From assembly GCA_029880245.1 (NCBI GenBank), contig JAOUOR010000003.1:824-64823 (forward strand): a DNA stretch of 64,000 nucleotides, written 5' to 3'. The translations under genes were made by a program, and so were the position numbers. The DNA comes from Alphaproteobacteria bacterium (GTDB lineage: Bacteria; Pseudomonadota; Alphaproteobacteria; Micavibrionales; Micavibrionaceae). This document shows positions 29,442-39,178 of this stretch, piece after piece (positions within the stretch are counted from its first letter, which is position 1; each line of letters starts with the position of its first letter). Below the pieces are notes generated by a model. It worked only from the letters and a program-made list of their open reading frames with translations, ran no database searches and had not been told where the DNA came from.

Positions 29442-29655
29442 GTACCACCCATATTATTTATTTTATTTGCTGTTAACTCTAATAAATACACCAAAACCGG
29501 ACATTTTGTAAAATAATTTCTGTATTTACGTTGTGTAGGGCTTTCTCGTCCACATATTCCCATAAAAATCAAAGATAAGGGCTTTAGAATCCCCGGCAGT
29601 AAGTCTATACTGCGATTCTGATTTTAAAATGTAATTTTAGTAGAAGGAAAATGTT

Positions 29656-30138
29656 GTGGCAGGCAGTGTAAATAAAGTCATTCTTATTGGTAATTTAGGG
29701 GCAGATCCAGATGTGCGTACGATGCAATCCGGTGATAAGGTTGTAAATCTGTCGGTTGCAACATCCGAGAGCTGGAAAGACAAGGTAACGGGTGAGCGTA
29801 AGGAAAAAACCGAATGGCACCGCGTTGTTATTTTTAATAAAGGACTGGTAACGGTTTGTGAAAATTATCTTCGCAAAGGCTCCAAGGTTTATATTGAAGG
29901 CCAGATTGAAACTCGCAGTTGGGAGCAGGACGGGCAAAAGAAATATACAACCGAGATTGTGCTTCGTCCGTTCAGAGGAGAGTTGACAATGCTTGATTCC
30001 CGCAGTGGCGGAGACGGTGGTTATGCTGGTGGCGGTCAGGGGCAATCTTATGGCGGAGAATCTGCTGCATCAAGTGGTGGCGGGATGTCCGAACCTGCGA
30101 TGGCTGGTGATATGATGGAAGATGAAATTCCGTTCTAA
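29656..30138 (+). CDS. ssb: single-stranded DNA-binding protein
   Basis: GTG start, OB-fold N-terminus ([17 protein letters not shown]), Gly-rich linker, and an acidic tip ending DEIPF. Confidence 0.95.
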   Translation: MAGSVNKVILIGNLGADPDVRTMQSGDKVVNLSVATSESWKDKVTGERKEKTEWHRVVIFNKGLVTVCENYLRKGSKVYIEGQIETRSWEQDGQKKYTTEIVLRPFRGELTMLDSRSGGDGGYAGGGQGQSYGGESAASSGGGMSEPAMAGDMMEDEIPF

Positions 30139-30153
30139 GGAAGGGATTAAGTA

Positions 30154-30624
30154 ATGAATAAAACAATATTATATGTGGCTTTGGGCGTGTTTCTTCTCGG
30201 CGGGTCGTTTGCACAGGCGCAAGAGACTGAAAGTGTTTCAGGTAGTGCGGCGAGTGAAGCACTGTCAGAAGAGGAGATGGCCCGCAAAGTTCAACTGGCC
30301 GAGAAAATGCATGAAATTAATCCTGTTCAGGAGCAAGTCGATAGCGCTGTAAATTCTGTGGCAAGCCGTTTGCCTGAGATAGAGCGTCAGACATTCCTTA
30401 ATGCGATATATTCGACGATGAATTACAAGGCTATCGAACGTATTTCCGTAGATGCTATGGTCGAAGTTTATTCCGTGGCAGAACTTGAAGCAATGGTGGA
30501 GTATTACTCCAAACCAGAGGCTAAGAGTGCAGGGGATAAAATTCCCCAATGGGCCGGTAAGGTCCAGCCTGAAATTATGCGTATGATTGACAAGGCTATG
30601 ATTAAGGCGCGTACAGGGCAGTAA
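30154..30624 (+). CDS. DUF2059-like periplasmic protein
   Basis: Signal peptide (..GGSFAQA|QE). The C-terminal half (YSVAELEAMVEYYSKPEAKSAGDKIPQ) resembles the DUF2059 pattern from memory. Confidence 0.45.
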   Translation: MNKTILYVALGVFLLGGSFAQAQETESVSGSAASEALSEEEMARKVQLAEKMHEINPVQEQVDSAVNSVASRLPEIERQTFLNAIYSTMNYKAIERISVDAMVEVYSVAELEAMVEYYSKPEAKSAGDKIPQWAGKVQPEIMRMIDKAMIKARTGQ

Positions 30625-30650
30625 TAATATTAAAAACAAGGTTGACGTAA

Positions 30651-33437
30651 ATGAGCGATGATATAACGCCGGAAGAACCAGAGGGTACAAAAGTACCGAG
30701 CATCTATCTTGAAGAGGAAATGAAGCAATCCTATCTCGATTACGCGATGAGCGTGATTGTGAGTCGTGCTTTGCCGGATGTTCGTGATGGATTAAAACCT
30801 GTACACCGTCGGATTCTTTATGCAATGCGTGAGGGTGGCTATACGTCGGATAAACCTTATCGTAAATCTGCCAAGATCGTCGGGGATGTGATGGGTAAAT
30901 ATCACCCGCATGGTGATCAGGCTATTTATGACTCTCTTGTCCGCATGGCGCAGCCGTGGTCCCTTCGTTTGCCGTTAATTGACGGGCAAGGGAATTTTGG
31001 TTCGATGGATGGGGATTCTCCGGCGGCGATGCGTTACACGGAATCGCGTCTTGAAAAGGCGGCTGAGGCGATCCTTAAAGATATTGAGAAGGAAACTGTT
31101 GATTTTCGTCCCAATTATGATGAAAGCGAAAGCGAGCCTGTTGTGTTGCCTTCGCGTGTGCCGAACCTTTTGGTTAACGGGGCAGGCGGTATTGCTGTTG
31201 GTATGGCAACCAATATTCCGCCGCATAATCTGGGTGAAGTCATTGATGCCTGTATGGCGTATGTGGATAATCCCAATATCACGACCGAAGAGATCAACGA
31301 AATTATCCTTGGACCGGATTTCCCGACGGGTGGCTTGATTTTAGGGCGATCTGGTATTCGCTCGGCCTATCATACAGGGAATGGCTCGGTGGTGATGCGG
31401 GCCAAAACCTCGATCGAGGAGATTGGCAAGCGCGAGGCGATTATTGTTCATGAAGTGCCGTATCAAGTCAATAAAGGCAAATTGCTTGAACGTTTGGGTG
31501 AGGTGGGGCGCGAGAAAATTGTTGAAGACATCCATGAAGTGCGGGATGAATCTGACCGCGAGGGCGTGCGCGTTGTCATTGAGCTTAAGAATAATGCTAT
31601 TGCGGATGTTGTTCTAAATCAGCTCTTTAAATATACGGCTTTGCAGACGAATTTTGCTTGCAATATGGTTGCGCTTCATAATGGCAAGCCACAGATCATG
31701 CTTATTTTGGATATGATTAAGGCTTTTGTTAAATTCCGTGAGGAAGTGATTACACGCCGTACAATCTATGATCTGGGCAAGGCTCGTGACCGCGCGCATC
31801 TTTTGGCAGGGCAAGCTGTGGCTGTGGCCAATATTGATGAAGTGATTGCCATTATCCGTAATGCACCGGACCCTGCTGCTGCGCGAGACGGGTTATTGGG
31901 CCGGAGATGGCCTGCGCGTGATATCGCGCCTCTGATTGAGCTTATTGATGATCCGGAACATCTGATTGAGGATGACGGTACATATCAAATGAGTGAAGAG
32001 CAGGTTAAATCTATCTTGGATCTGCGCTTGCATCGTTTGACAGGGCTAGAACGAGAAAAAATTGGCAATGAGTTGAAAGAGATTGCTGCTCTTATCTCAG
32101 AGTTGCTGGAAATTCTGGGTAGCCGAGAGCGTATGTTGGAGGTGCTGGTCGAAGAGTTGCAGGATGTGAAGGAGCGTTTTAACACACCGCGCCGCACTGA
32201 GCTGGTAGAAGCCGAGTTCGAAGTTGATATGGAAGACCTTATTCAACGCGAGGATATGGTGGTTATGATTACGCATACGGGCTATGTGAAGCGTGTGCCT
32301 CTGGAGACCTACCGTGCGCAGCGCCGTGGTGGTAAGGGGCGCTCTGGTTTGTCTTTGAAGGATGAAGATTTTGTCTCTGATATGTTTGTGGCAAGCACTC
32401 ATACACCTATTTTGTTCTTCACCAGCCGCGGGATTGTTCACCGGATGAAAGTGTATCAATTGCCACTGGCTACGCCGCAGAGCCGTGGTAAAGCACTGGT
32501 CAATTTATTGCCACTTGAGAAAGATGAAAACGTCAGTGTTTATCTCCGTATGCCTGAAAATGAAGACTTATGGAACGAACTTGATTTGATGTTTGCAACC
32601 TCGCATGGGTCCGTACGCCGGAATAAGCTTTCAGATTTCAAAAATATTCGCTCTAACGGTCTGATTGCCATGAAACTTGGCAAGGGTGAAAGTCTCGTTT
32701 CGGTGAATATTTGCCGTGATGATGAGGATATCATTCTGGCTACGAAAAAGGGTAAAGCTATTCGTTTTCCTGTCAGTGATATTCGTGTCTTTTCCGGTCG
32801 TACCTCGACAGGTGTTCGCGGTGTTAAATTGAAGACAAAGGATGATGAGGTCATTTCTATGTCGGTTCTCAAGCATATTGATGTTACTCCGGAGGAGCGT
32901 GCCGCCTATATGAAGGCAGCCGGTCAGCTCATGGATGATGAGAGTGAGGGTGCTGCTGATGAGAACGCAAATGTAGCAGCAATTGATTTGCCACAGGAAA
33001 AATATATGGAATTGCTGGAAAACGAACAGTTTTTGCTTACTGTTTCTTCCAAAGGGTTCGGGAAAAGGACATCGGCCTATGAATATCGCGTTTCCGGACG
33101 AGGTGGTCAGGGTGTAACAAATATGGCGTTAACAGCTAAAAACGGGGGTGAGGTTGTGGCAACTTTCCCTGTGACGGATTCCCATCAGATCATGCTTGTG
33201 ACTGATCAGGGGCAACTTATCCGCACGTCGGTTGAAAATATCCGTATGACGGGACGTTCCGCCCAAGGCGTGACCATTTTCAAAGTCGGAAAGGGCGAAA
33301 AGGTTGTTTCTGTGGCGTGGCTGGTTCAGGATGAAGAAGACGAGGGCGAGAGCGAAATAGAAGACGGCGAGGATATCATTGAAGGAGATATTGCTGAGAA
33401 TTCGGTGGACGGAGATGAGGAAGACGAGGATATGTGA
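30651..33437 (+). CDS. gyrA: DNA gyrase subunit A
   Basis: [12 protein letters not shown], the AAMRYTE active-site Tyr motif, GyrA-box/beta-pinwheel repeats, and an acidic C-terminal tail. 928 aa. Confidence 0.97.
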   Translation: MSDDITPEEPEGTKVPSIYLEEEMKQSYLDYAMSVIVSRALPDVRDGLKPVHRRILYAMREGGYTSDKPYRKSAKIVGDVMGKYHPHGDQAIYDSLVRMAQPWSLRLPLIDGQGNFGSMDGDSPAAMRYTESRLEKAAEAILKDIEKETVDFRPNYDESESEPVVLPSRVPNLLVNGAGGIAVGMATNIPPHNLGEVIDACMAYVDNPNITTEEINEIILGPDFPTGGLILGRSGIRSAYHTGNGSVVMRAKTSIEEIGKREAIIVHEVPYQVNKGKLLERLGEVGREKIVEDIHEVRDESDREGVRVVIELKNNAIADVVLNQLFKYTALQTNFACNMVALHNGKPQIMLILDMIKAFVKFREEVITRRTIYDLGKARDRAHLLAGQAVAVANIDEVIAIIRNAPDPAAARDGLLGRRWPARDIAPLIELIDDPEHLIEDDGTYQMSEEQVKSILDLRLHRLTGLEREKIGNELKEIAALISELLEILGSRERMLEVLVEELQDVKERFNTPRRTELVEAEFEVDMEDLIQREDMVVMITHTGYVKRVPLETYRAQRRGGKGRSGLSLKDEDFVSDMFVASTHTPILFFTSRGIVHRMKVYQLPLATPQSRGKALVNLLPLEKDENVSVYLRMPENEDLWNELDLMFATSHGSVRRNKLSDFKNIRSNGLIAMKLGKGESLVSVNICRDDEDIILATKKGKAIRFPVSDIRVFSGRTSTGVRGVKLKTKDDEVISMSVLKHIDVTPEERAAYMKAAGQLMDDESEGAADENANVAAIDLPQEKYMELLENEQFLLTVSSKGFGKRTSAYEYRVSGRGGQGVTNMALTAKNGGEVVATFPVTDSHQIMLVTDQGQLIRTSVENIRMTGRSAQGVTIFKVGKGEKVVSVAWLVQDEEDEGESEIEDGEDIIEGDIAENSVDGDEEDEDM

Positions 33438-33841
33438 GAATAAGTCTTTTTATGGTAGTGCTTATGTTTATTCCTGTTTCTGTTAATGCAGAAGGAAAAT
33501 GCAGGACAGGAGATCCTTATTCTTACGAAGCACCTCACGAGATGGAATCTTGCCCCGAGGATATTCAGATTTGGTTAGATCGTGCTAATGGTTGTCATTA
33601 CTATGGAAACGAGATTGAAGATATAGGTAATGATGATGCTGATCGTTCTTCTATTCTTGAATCCCATATGGAGGAATTGGATTGTGCCGTTATTTGGTGT
33701 GATTTTGATGATCTTTTTACCAAGTACGAAGGGGATATTATCTTTTCTGATGTTATTACCAGTTATGCGCAGAGTCTATATGGTGATAGTGAATTGCCTG
33801 TATGCGATAAAAGCTTAAAGAAAAAGGTTTCGGAAGAGTGA
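33434..33841 (+). CDS. hypothetical secreted Cys-containing protein
   Basis: GTG start overlapping the gyrA stop. Signal peptide [19 protein letters not shown]|EG. Its stop overlaps the coaD GTG start. Confidence 0.45.
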   Translation: MRISLFMVVLMFIPVSVNAEGKCRTGDPYSYEAPHEMESCPEDIQIWLDRANGCHYYGNEIEDIGNDDADRSSILESHMEELDCAVIWCDFDDLFTKYEGDIIFSDVITSYAQSLYGDSELPVCDKSLKKKVSEE

Positions 33842-34347
33842 GCCAAGCAGGAAAATATCTCGTAGGAGTTTATCCGGGAACATTTGATCCGGTAACAAAG
33901 GGACATTTGCATCTCATACGGCGTGCAAGCCGTATGGTGGATCATTTGATCGTCGGCGTTGCTGATAGTCCGCGCAAGGGACCTCTCTTTACACAAAATG
34001 AGCGTCTGGAAATGCTTAAGACCGATATTCGGAATTTACCGGAGAAGGGCTGTGAGATAGAGGTGAAATCCTTTAGTACGTTGCTGGTCGAGTTTGCAAA
34101 AGAGATGAGTGCCACTTGTATATTCCGTGGTCTTCGCGCGGTTTCTGATTTCGAATACGAGTTTCAGATGACGGGGATGAATTCTAAACTTGACCCATCA
34201 ATCGAGACTGTTTTTTTAATGGCGGCGGATAAGTGGCAGTTTGTTTCTGCCTCATTTGTCAAAGAGGTCTCTAGTCATGGCGGGAATGTTGATGAGTTTG
34301 TTACGCCGCATGTTGCCAAGATTTTAAAGAAAAAATTTGCAAAATAG
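33838..34347 (+). CDS. coaD: pantetheine-phosphate adenylyltransferase
   Basis: GVYPGTFDPVTKGHL (T/HxGH nucleotidyltransferase motif). 169 aa. Confidence 0.9.
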   Translation: MSQAGKYLVGVYPGTFDPVTKGHLHLIRRASRMVDHLIVGVADSPRKGPLFTQNERLEMLKTDIRNLPEKGCEIEVKSFSTLLVEFAKEMSATCIFRGLRAVSDFEYEFQMTGMNSKLDPSIETVFLMAADKWQFVSASFVKEVSSHGGNVDEFVTPHVAKILKKKFAK

Positions 34348-34358
34348 GAAAGCAATGC

Positions 34359-34387
34359 TTGACGCACAGGTGCAAAATACATATTGT
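34359..34387 (+). promoter_or_regulatory. possible sigma70-like promoter upstream of tRNA-Lys
   Basis: TTGACG-N17-TATTGT, about 40 nt upstream of the tRNA 5' end. Confidence 0.25.
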
Positions 34388-34427
34388 GCGGCATTCCGAG
34401 CTTAAAATGCTCGTTTTATGTGGTTAA

Positions 34428-34503
34428 GATCGCTTAGCTCAGCCGGTAGAGCAACTGACTTTTAATCAGTAGGTCGAGGGTTCGAATCCCTCAGCGATCA
34501 CCA
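34428..34503 (+). tRNA. tRNA-Lys (anticodon UUU)
   Basis: Hand-folded cloverleaf: acceptor GATCGCT/AGCGATC, D-arm AGCTCAGCCGGTAGAGC, anticodon stem ACTGA/TCAGT with loop CTTTTAA, T-arm GAGGGTTCGAATCCCTC, encoded CCA. Confidence 0.9.
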
Positions 34504-34747
34504 TTTTCCACTGATCTGTCCAACTCGAAAAAATAATCCGTCTATAATACTTCCGCCTATAATACTTAAGTATTAACTCGGGTAAGTTTTCTTTGTCAGG
34601 CGTAAAATACATAAAATTTTAGATAAATTTTAATTAAATACAATTAAAAAGCTTTCAATAATTATGAAAATTTTAATTCTGATTATGTTTAAATAGTATT
34701 AGTAGAGCTGCACAAACGAAATATAAAAAAAAAGTGGAGAATGGGAT

Positions 34748-37126
34748 ATGAATAATCTATTCCTGGGAAGTAGTGCTGTTTTTGTAAATAATTCTTTGGG
34801 TAGTCAGTTAAAATCTAACGGGGCTGGCAAATCAGATGATGATCACGGCAATAACAGTTTCGGTCATTCAATAACAAGCAGCTTAAGCCAGTTTAGTTCT
34901 GGCCTTTATGGTTCTGGTGGAGGTTATTCTTCAACTGCAAAGTCTTCTTATATGAATCCGGTTCATAATTCGTCGACAACACCAACAGGCGTTGTATCAC
35001 AGACGACAAATATCGGGAATTTACTTCTTGTTACACAACAAACGTCAGTGCAAACACAATCTTTTGTCAATAATACTCAAAATCAGTCAAGTTTTACGAC
35101 GATTTCTTTGGATGCACAAAAATCCGATTTTGGTGGCAAGATGATGTCATTTTCCAAAAACGGTATTAGTATTTCTGTGGAAGATCCAGATCATACAGGC
35201 GGAAAAACACCCGGGACTATGACCTGGATTGATACGGGCAAGGGTGCCGCAGGATTTGGTGTGATTGGTAACGGTAATAAGCAGGCTGATACTGGTGCAG
35301 AGACTGTTAATGTCGAACTGGATGATGCGGCTGATAGTATAACTATTTCTCTGGTTGATCATGGTTCTAAGAATTCTGATGACAGCATAACTTTTAAAAT
35401 TTTTCAGGAAAGCGGCGATATAACAGAAGTCACATTAACGTTGGATAGTGATGCGCCGGACAAGGTAACTGATTTTACGTTTGATGCCTCTGATTATGGC
35501 GATGGTTCACAGATTACTGAAGTCGAGTTTTACTCCAGCAGTAATCTGGGTGGAGGTCATGGTGAAGCAAGTTTTCTTATAGGAGGGATAGAGACAACGA
35601 TTGGAACAGCTACTCCGCCTCCACCACCTCCGCCACCTCCGACAACAGATGATCCAGTGTTTATCGTTGGACATAATGTTGATGATGTAGAAGGCTCACA
35701 AGTCAGCTTTATTGTCAGTGATGGTGTTATAGGCGATGATTTCGGTGTTATTCAGGGTGGTAACGGTGATGATATCCTTGTCGGTGATGTCGGTGGTGCG
35801 TATACAGTTGCATCGCCTCAGGTAGATTTAAACGTGGTTTTGATGCTTGATATATCAGGATCAATGTATTCTACTATGGCTGATGGGCGTACACGTCTTG
35901 ATCATTTGACTGATGCGGTTGAGAATTTGCTTGCCGATTTCAATGCTTATGATAATGGCGATATCATGGTTCATCTTGTGCCGTTTGATACAACAGCTTG
36001 GGGTATGCAAACCTACACAGTAACTGATGATGCGGATTATGCTCAAGCTATTAGTCATCTTGATTCTTTAACGCCTGGTGGTGTAACAAATTATGAATCA
36101 GCCTTGAAAGCCGGTATTGACTGGTTACAAAGTGGCGAGCCTATCAATGGTGCCATTACAACGGCTTATTTTGTTAGTGATGGCTATCCGAATTACGCTA
36201 TTGATGATGACACAGGTAGCTGGACGTATTCATATTATTCCGGTCTAACAGCTATGGAAGAAATTCAGGGGCTGGATGGCTCAAATGAGATAGCAGAGTT
36301 ACAGGCCCTAACTGATGAAGTTATTGGTGTCGGTATTAATATCGGTAGCTCTATAAGTAATCTTGATCTGATTGATTCCGATGGGTCAGCACTTAATGTT
36401 ATAAGCTCAGACCAATTATCTCAGGCTTTTGCAGATTCCAATCCGCTTAATAAACTCGACCCAATTGGCGATGATGTTATAAATGGCGGTGCAGGAAATG
36501 ATATTATTTTCGGAGATGCTCTTTATACCGATAATCTGGCTATAGCACATAATCTGGGCACAGAAGCCGGACTTGGATGGGAAGTTTTTGCTATGCTGGA
36601 GAGCGGTGCCAGCGCTATCAATCCGGATTGGACCCGTGCCGATACATTATCTTATTTGTTTAATAACCGTGAAGAAATGATGCTGGAAAGCATTGATCAA
36701 GAAGGTGAAGTGCGTGTCATCGGTAATGATATCATTGATGGTGGAGATGGTAATGATATTATCTTCGGACAGGAAGGTGACGACATTATTTCAGGCGGGG
36801 AAGGCGGCCTTGATGTTATCTATGGTGGTGGTGGTGCTGATGTGTTTCTGTTCAACAGTATTCAGGACAGTCTGGATATCGTGAGAGATTTTAGCATTGA
36901 AGAGGGTGATGCGGTTGATTTCTCATCACTATTGAGTGGTTTTGATCCTCTTCAAGATGCCATTAATGACTTTGTATTCCTGAACGAAATAATTGGCAAC
37001 ACAATACTATCCGTGGATGTGACCGGTAGTGGAGACATATCTAAAGCTGTTGATATGGTTATTATTGAAAATATAACAAATATTGATTTGTCACAGTGGG
37101 TAGCCGATGGAACGCTCATCGTTTAA
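34748..37126 (+). CDS. RTX-repeat / von Willebrand factor A domain protein, probable type I secretion substrate
   Basis: VWA MIDAS motif (VVLMLDISGSMYS), a PPPPPPPPP linker, nonapeptide Ca-binding repeats (GGAGNDIIFGD, GGDGNDIIFGQEGDDIISGG, GGGGADVF), and a C-terminal T1SS-target-like tail (DFSSLL...NTILSVDVTGSGD). No N-terminal signal peptide. Confidence 0.8.
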   Translation: MNNLFLGSSAVFVNNSLGSQLKSNGAGKSDDDHGNNSFGHSITSSLSQFSSGLYGSGGGYSSTAKSSYMNPVHNSSTTPTGVVSQTTNIGNLLLVTQQTSVQTQSFVNNTQNQSSFTTISLDAQKSDFGGKMMSFSKNGISISVEDPDHTGGKTPGTMTWIDTGKGAAGFGVIGNGNKQADTGAETVNVELDDAADSITISLVDHGSKNSDDSITFKIFQESGDITEVTLTLDSDAPDKVTDFTFDASDYGDGSQITEVEFYSSSNLGGGHGEASFLIGGIETTIGTATPPPPPPPPPTTDDPVFIVGHNVDDVEGSQVSFIVSDGVIGDDFGVIQGGNGDDILVGDVGGAYTVASPQVDLNVVLMLDISGSMYSTMADGRTRLDHLTDAVENLLADFNAYDNGDIMVHLVPFDTTAWGMQTYTVTDDADYAQAISHLDSLTPGGVTNYESALKAGIDWLQSGEPINGAITTAYFVSDGYPNYAIDDDTGSWTYSYYSGLTAMEEIQGLDGSNEIAELQALTDEVIGVGINIGSSISNLDLIDSDGSALNVISSDQLSQAFADSNPLNKLDPIGDDVINGGAGNDIIFGDALYTDNLAIAHNLGTEAGLGWEVFAMLESGASAINPDWTRADTLSYLFNNREEMMLESIDQEGEVRVIGNDIIDGGDGNDIIFGQEGDDIISGGEGGLDVIYGGGGADVFLFNSIQDSLDIVRDFSIEEGDAVDFSSLLSGFDPLQDAINDFVFLNEIIGNTILSVDVTGSGDISKAVDMVIIENITNIDLSQWVADGTLIV

Positions 37127-37163
37127 ATAACCCTTGAAGTTTACTTTTTCGCAAGAAAAAGAC

Positions 37164-37208
37164 AAGGCCTTGATCGCGTGCAGCTAACAGATCAAGGCTT
37201 TGTTTTTG
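37164..37208 (+). terminator. rho-independent terminator after the RTX gene
   Basis: 9-bp perfect stem GCCTTGATC/GATCAAGGC (37067-series numbering: 37167-37175 / 37190-37198), 14-nt loop, followed by TTTGTTTTT. Confidence 0.55.
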
Positions 37209-37287
37209 CATGGTCACAAACAAAATGCCACAGTTTTATCCGTGGATGAATGCAGTACCTTTAATTGCTTAGGTGGGGATATGTAAT

Positions 37288-37320
37288 AACTGGCGCACCT
37301 CGAAGGTGAAACTTCGAACG
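37288..37320 (-). other. candidate oriT (hairpin plus MOBQ-like nick-region core)
   Basis: The minus strand reads CACCTTCGAGGTGCGCCAGTT: a 5-bp hairpin CACCT/AGGTG immediately followed by/overlapping GTGCGCC. This resembles the RSF1010/R1162-type nic region (..AAGTGCGCCCT) as I recall it. It lies ~90 nt upstream of the mobC-like gene. Confidence 0.4.
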
Positions 37321-37405
37321 CTCTATTCGATGAATTAGCAGACTGGGAGCATCAACTCAAGCATATAGAGGTTGATACAGCTACAACACCTAAATTTGAG
37401 GAGCC

Positions 37406-37852
37406 ATGCCCATGATTGGTTCTTCAACTATAAAAACAGATATAAAGCTAAAGAGAGATTTCAACGCAGCTTGCACAGCCAAGCCTAAAAAGAGCAAGAA
37501 GGACAAGCGCCCTGCTCCCCTGTCTATAAGGCTGTCGAAAGAGCAACGCGCGCGGCTTGAAGAAATGGCCGCCGGGCAAAGCCTGAATTCCTATGTGAAG
37601 ACAGTGCTGTTTCAGGGAGAGAAGAAGCGTATTGCACAACCTATAAAAGATCATGAAAAACTGGCGCTGGCTTTGGGGTTACTTGGTAAGATGGGCACTC
37701 TAAGCACACTCGAAAGCCTTCTGGAAGCCTCAGAAAAAGAGCAAGTTTATATGCCTACTCTTTTGCAGGGTGACATTGCCCAATGCTGCGTGGATATTCG
37801 CTTGATCCGCTGTTACCTGATTAAGGCACTTGGTATAAAAGCAGAAGGATAG
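37406..37852 (+). CDS. MobC-like ribbon-helix-helix relaxosome accessory protein
   Basis: KDKRPAPLSIRLSKEQRARLEEMAAGQSLNSYVKTVLF is the typical MobC/RHH signature. Lies directly upstream (5-nt gap) of the relaxase. Confidence 0.6.
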   Translation: MPMIGSSTIKTDIKLKRDFNAACTAKPKKSKKDKRPAPLSIRLSKEQRARLEEMAAGQSLNSYVKTVLFQGEKKRIAQPIKDHEKLALALGLLGKMGTLSTLESLLEASEKEQVYMPTLLQGDIAQCCVDIRLIRCYLIKALGIKAEG

Positions 37853-37856
37853 AACT

Positions 37857-39158
37857 ATGATCCTTGTCGGTAATCAGCGTGGTGGTGCAAAGAATTTAGC
37901 GCTTCATCTTCTGAAAGAAGAAAATGAAAGAGTGGAATTGCATGAGCTAAAAGGCTTCTGTTCGGATAATCTTATCGGCGCTCTGAATGAGAGCTATGCC
38001 ATAAGCCGGGCTACAAAATGTAAGCAACATCTTTTCTCCCTGTCTTTGAACCCTCCACCGCAGGAACAGGTTTCTACAGAAGATTTTGAACACGCTATTA
38101 ACCGCGTAGAAGAAAAACTCGGCCTAGCTGGACAGCCCCGCGCTATTGTCTTTCATACCAAGGAAAACCGGACTCACTGCCATGCTGTTTGGTCGAGAAT
38201 TAATCTTGAAGAAATGAAGGCCGTCCAGCTTTCCTTCAGCAAACAGAAAATGCAAGAAGTCTCACGCGAACTATACCTAGAGCATGGCTGGCAAATGCCG
38301 CGTGGGCTAGTGAACACCAAAGAAACTGATCCGCGTAATTTCACACTTGCAGAATGGCAGCAAGCCAAACGTCTTGGAAAAGATGCACGAGAGATTAAAG
38401 GGCAGTTTCAGGATGCGTGGGCAATATCAGATAGCAAAGCCGCTTTCTCTCATGCTTTGGAAGAAAGAGGCTATAAACTAGCGCGGGGTGATCGGCGTGG
38501 ATTTGTTGCGGTAGATCATAAAGGTGAAGTTTACCCTGTCTCAAGATGGGCTGGCGTGAAAACCAAGCAGGTCAAAGACCGTTTGGGTGATATTCAGGAG
38601 TTGCCCTCAGTAGCAGACGCCAGAACACAGTTTGCGCAAGAAATGATGCAAAAGATTCAAGAATTCCAAAAGCAGGTTGAGAAAGAAAAGAAAGAAAAAG
38701 CCCGTAAATCTGAGGAAGAACAGCAAAGGCTGGCCGTGCAGCGACAAGCAAAACAGGAGGAGCTAAAGAAACAGCAATTAGAGCGCCAACAGGAAGAAAC
38801 AGAGCAAAGAAAAGCCCGTTTAAGAAAGGGCTTTCTGGGCTTGTGGGATCGTATTCGTGGAGAAAATAAACGTATAGAAAAGCAAAACAGGATGGAAGCT
38901 CTAGAGAAACTCGCCCGCGAGAGGCTGGAAAAAGAAACCCTCCTCCAATATCAACTTACTGAGCAAAAACGCCAGCAAGAAGTGCAGCAACGTGTACAGC
39001 AAAAACTTGATAAGGAAAAACAGGAATTACAGCAAGACACAGAACACTTCCAACAAATGAAATCCCTTTCCGAAGAAGAACAACGCAAAGCCTTCATGGA
39101 AAAAAGACGATCATATGCTCGAAAAGACCGCATAAGAGGGCCGACGATAGAAAGGTAG
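37857..39158 (+). CDS. relaxase/mobilization nuclease (MobA/VirD2 family, MOBQ-like) with Q/E/K-rich coiled-coil tail
   Basis: N-terminal GGAKNLALHLLK...VELHELKGF (catalytic-Tyr-region-like) and the histidine-triad-like FHTKENRTHCHAVWSRI. The C-terminal ~170 aa is low-complexity EKQ-rich. Confidence 0.8.
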   Translation: MILVGNQRGGAKNLALHLLKEENERVELHELKGFCSDNLIGALNESYAISRATKCKQHLFSLSLNPPPQEQVSTEDFEHAINRVEEKLGLAGQPRAIVFHTKENRTHCHAVWSRINLEEMKAVQLSFSKQKMQEVSRELYLEHGWQMPRGLVNTKETDPRNFTLAEWQQAKRLGKDAREIKGQFQDAWAISDSKAAFSHALEERGYKLARGDRRGFVAVDHKGEVYPVSRWAGVKTKQVKDRLGDIQELPSVADARTQFAQEMMQKIQEFQKQVEKEKKEKARKSEEEQQRLAVQRQAKQEELKKQQLERQQEETEQRKARLRKGFLGLWDRIRGENKRIEKQNRMEALEKLARERLEKETLLQYQLTEQKRQQEVQQRVQQKLDKEKQELQQDTEHFQQMKSLSEEEQRKAFMEKRRSYARKDRIRGPTIER

Positions 39159-39178
39159 TAACAGATATATATTTTTTC

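Noticed and set aside
28633-29655. Search for SOS (LexA) boxes upstream of uvrA and ssb
   Set aside because: No GTTC-N7-GTTC (alphaproteobacterial) or CTGT-N8-ACAG (E. coli-type) motif was found by eye. The nearest string (GTTCGTTCTGGTC near 28678) has the wrong spacing and lies inside the GGDEF gene's 3' end.
30265-30825. 186-aa minus-strand ORF overlapping the DUF2059-like gene and the gyrA start
   Set aside because: It is antisense to two plus-strand genes with signal-peptide or conserved motifs. Its sequence is His/Arg/Leu-rich and has no recognisable features.
35615-35641. CCGCCTCCACCACCTCCGCCACCTCCG repeat
   Set aside because: It is not a DNA-level regulatory repeat. It simply encodes the poly-proline linker of the RTX/VWA protein.
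37291-37320. TGGCGCACCTCGAAGGTGAAACTTCGAAC considered as a tRNA-Arg 3'-end direct repeat (attL)
   Set aside because: The match to the tRNA-Arg 3' end needs three indels, the reverse complement does not fold as a T-arm/acceptor, and serine recombinases do not generate long direct repeats. The hairpin plus GTGCGCC reading as a MOBQ-like oriT fits better. It is kept as an alternative in the oriT finding rather than called as att.
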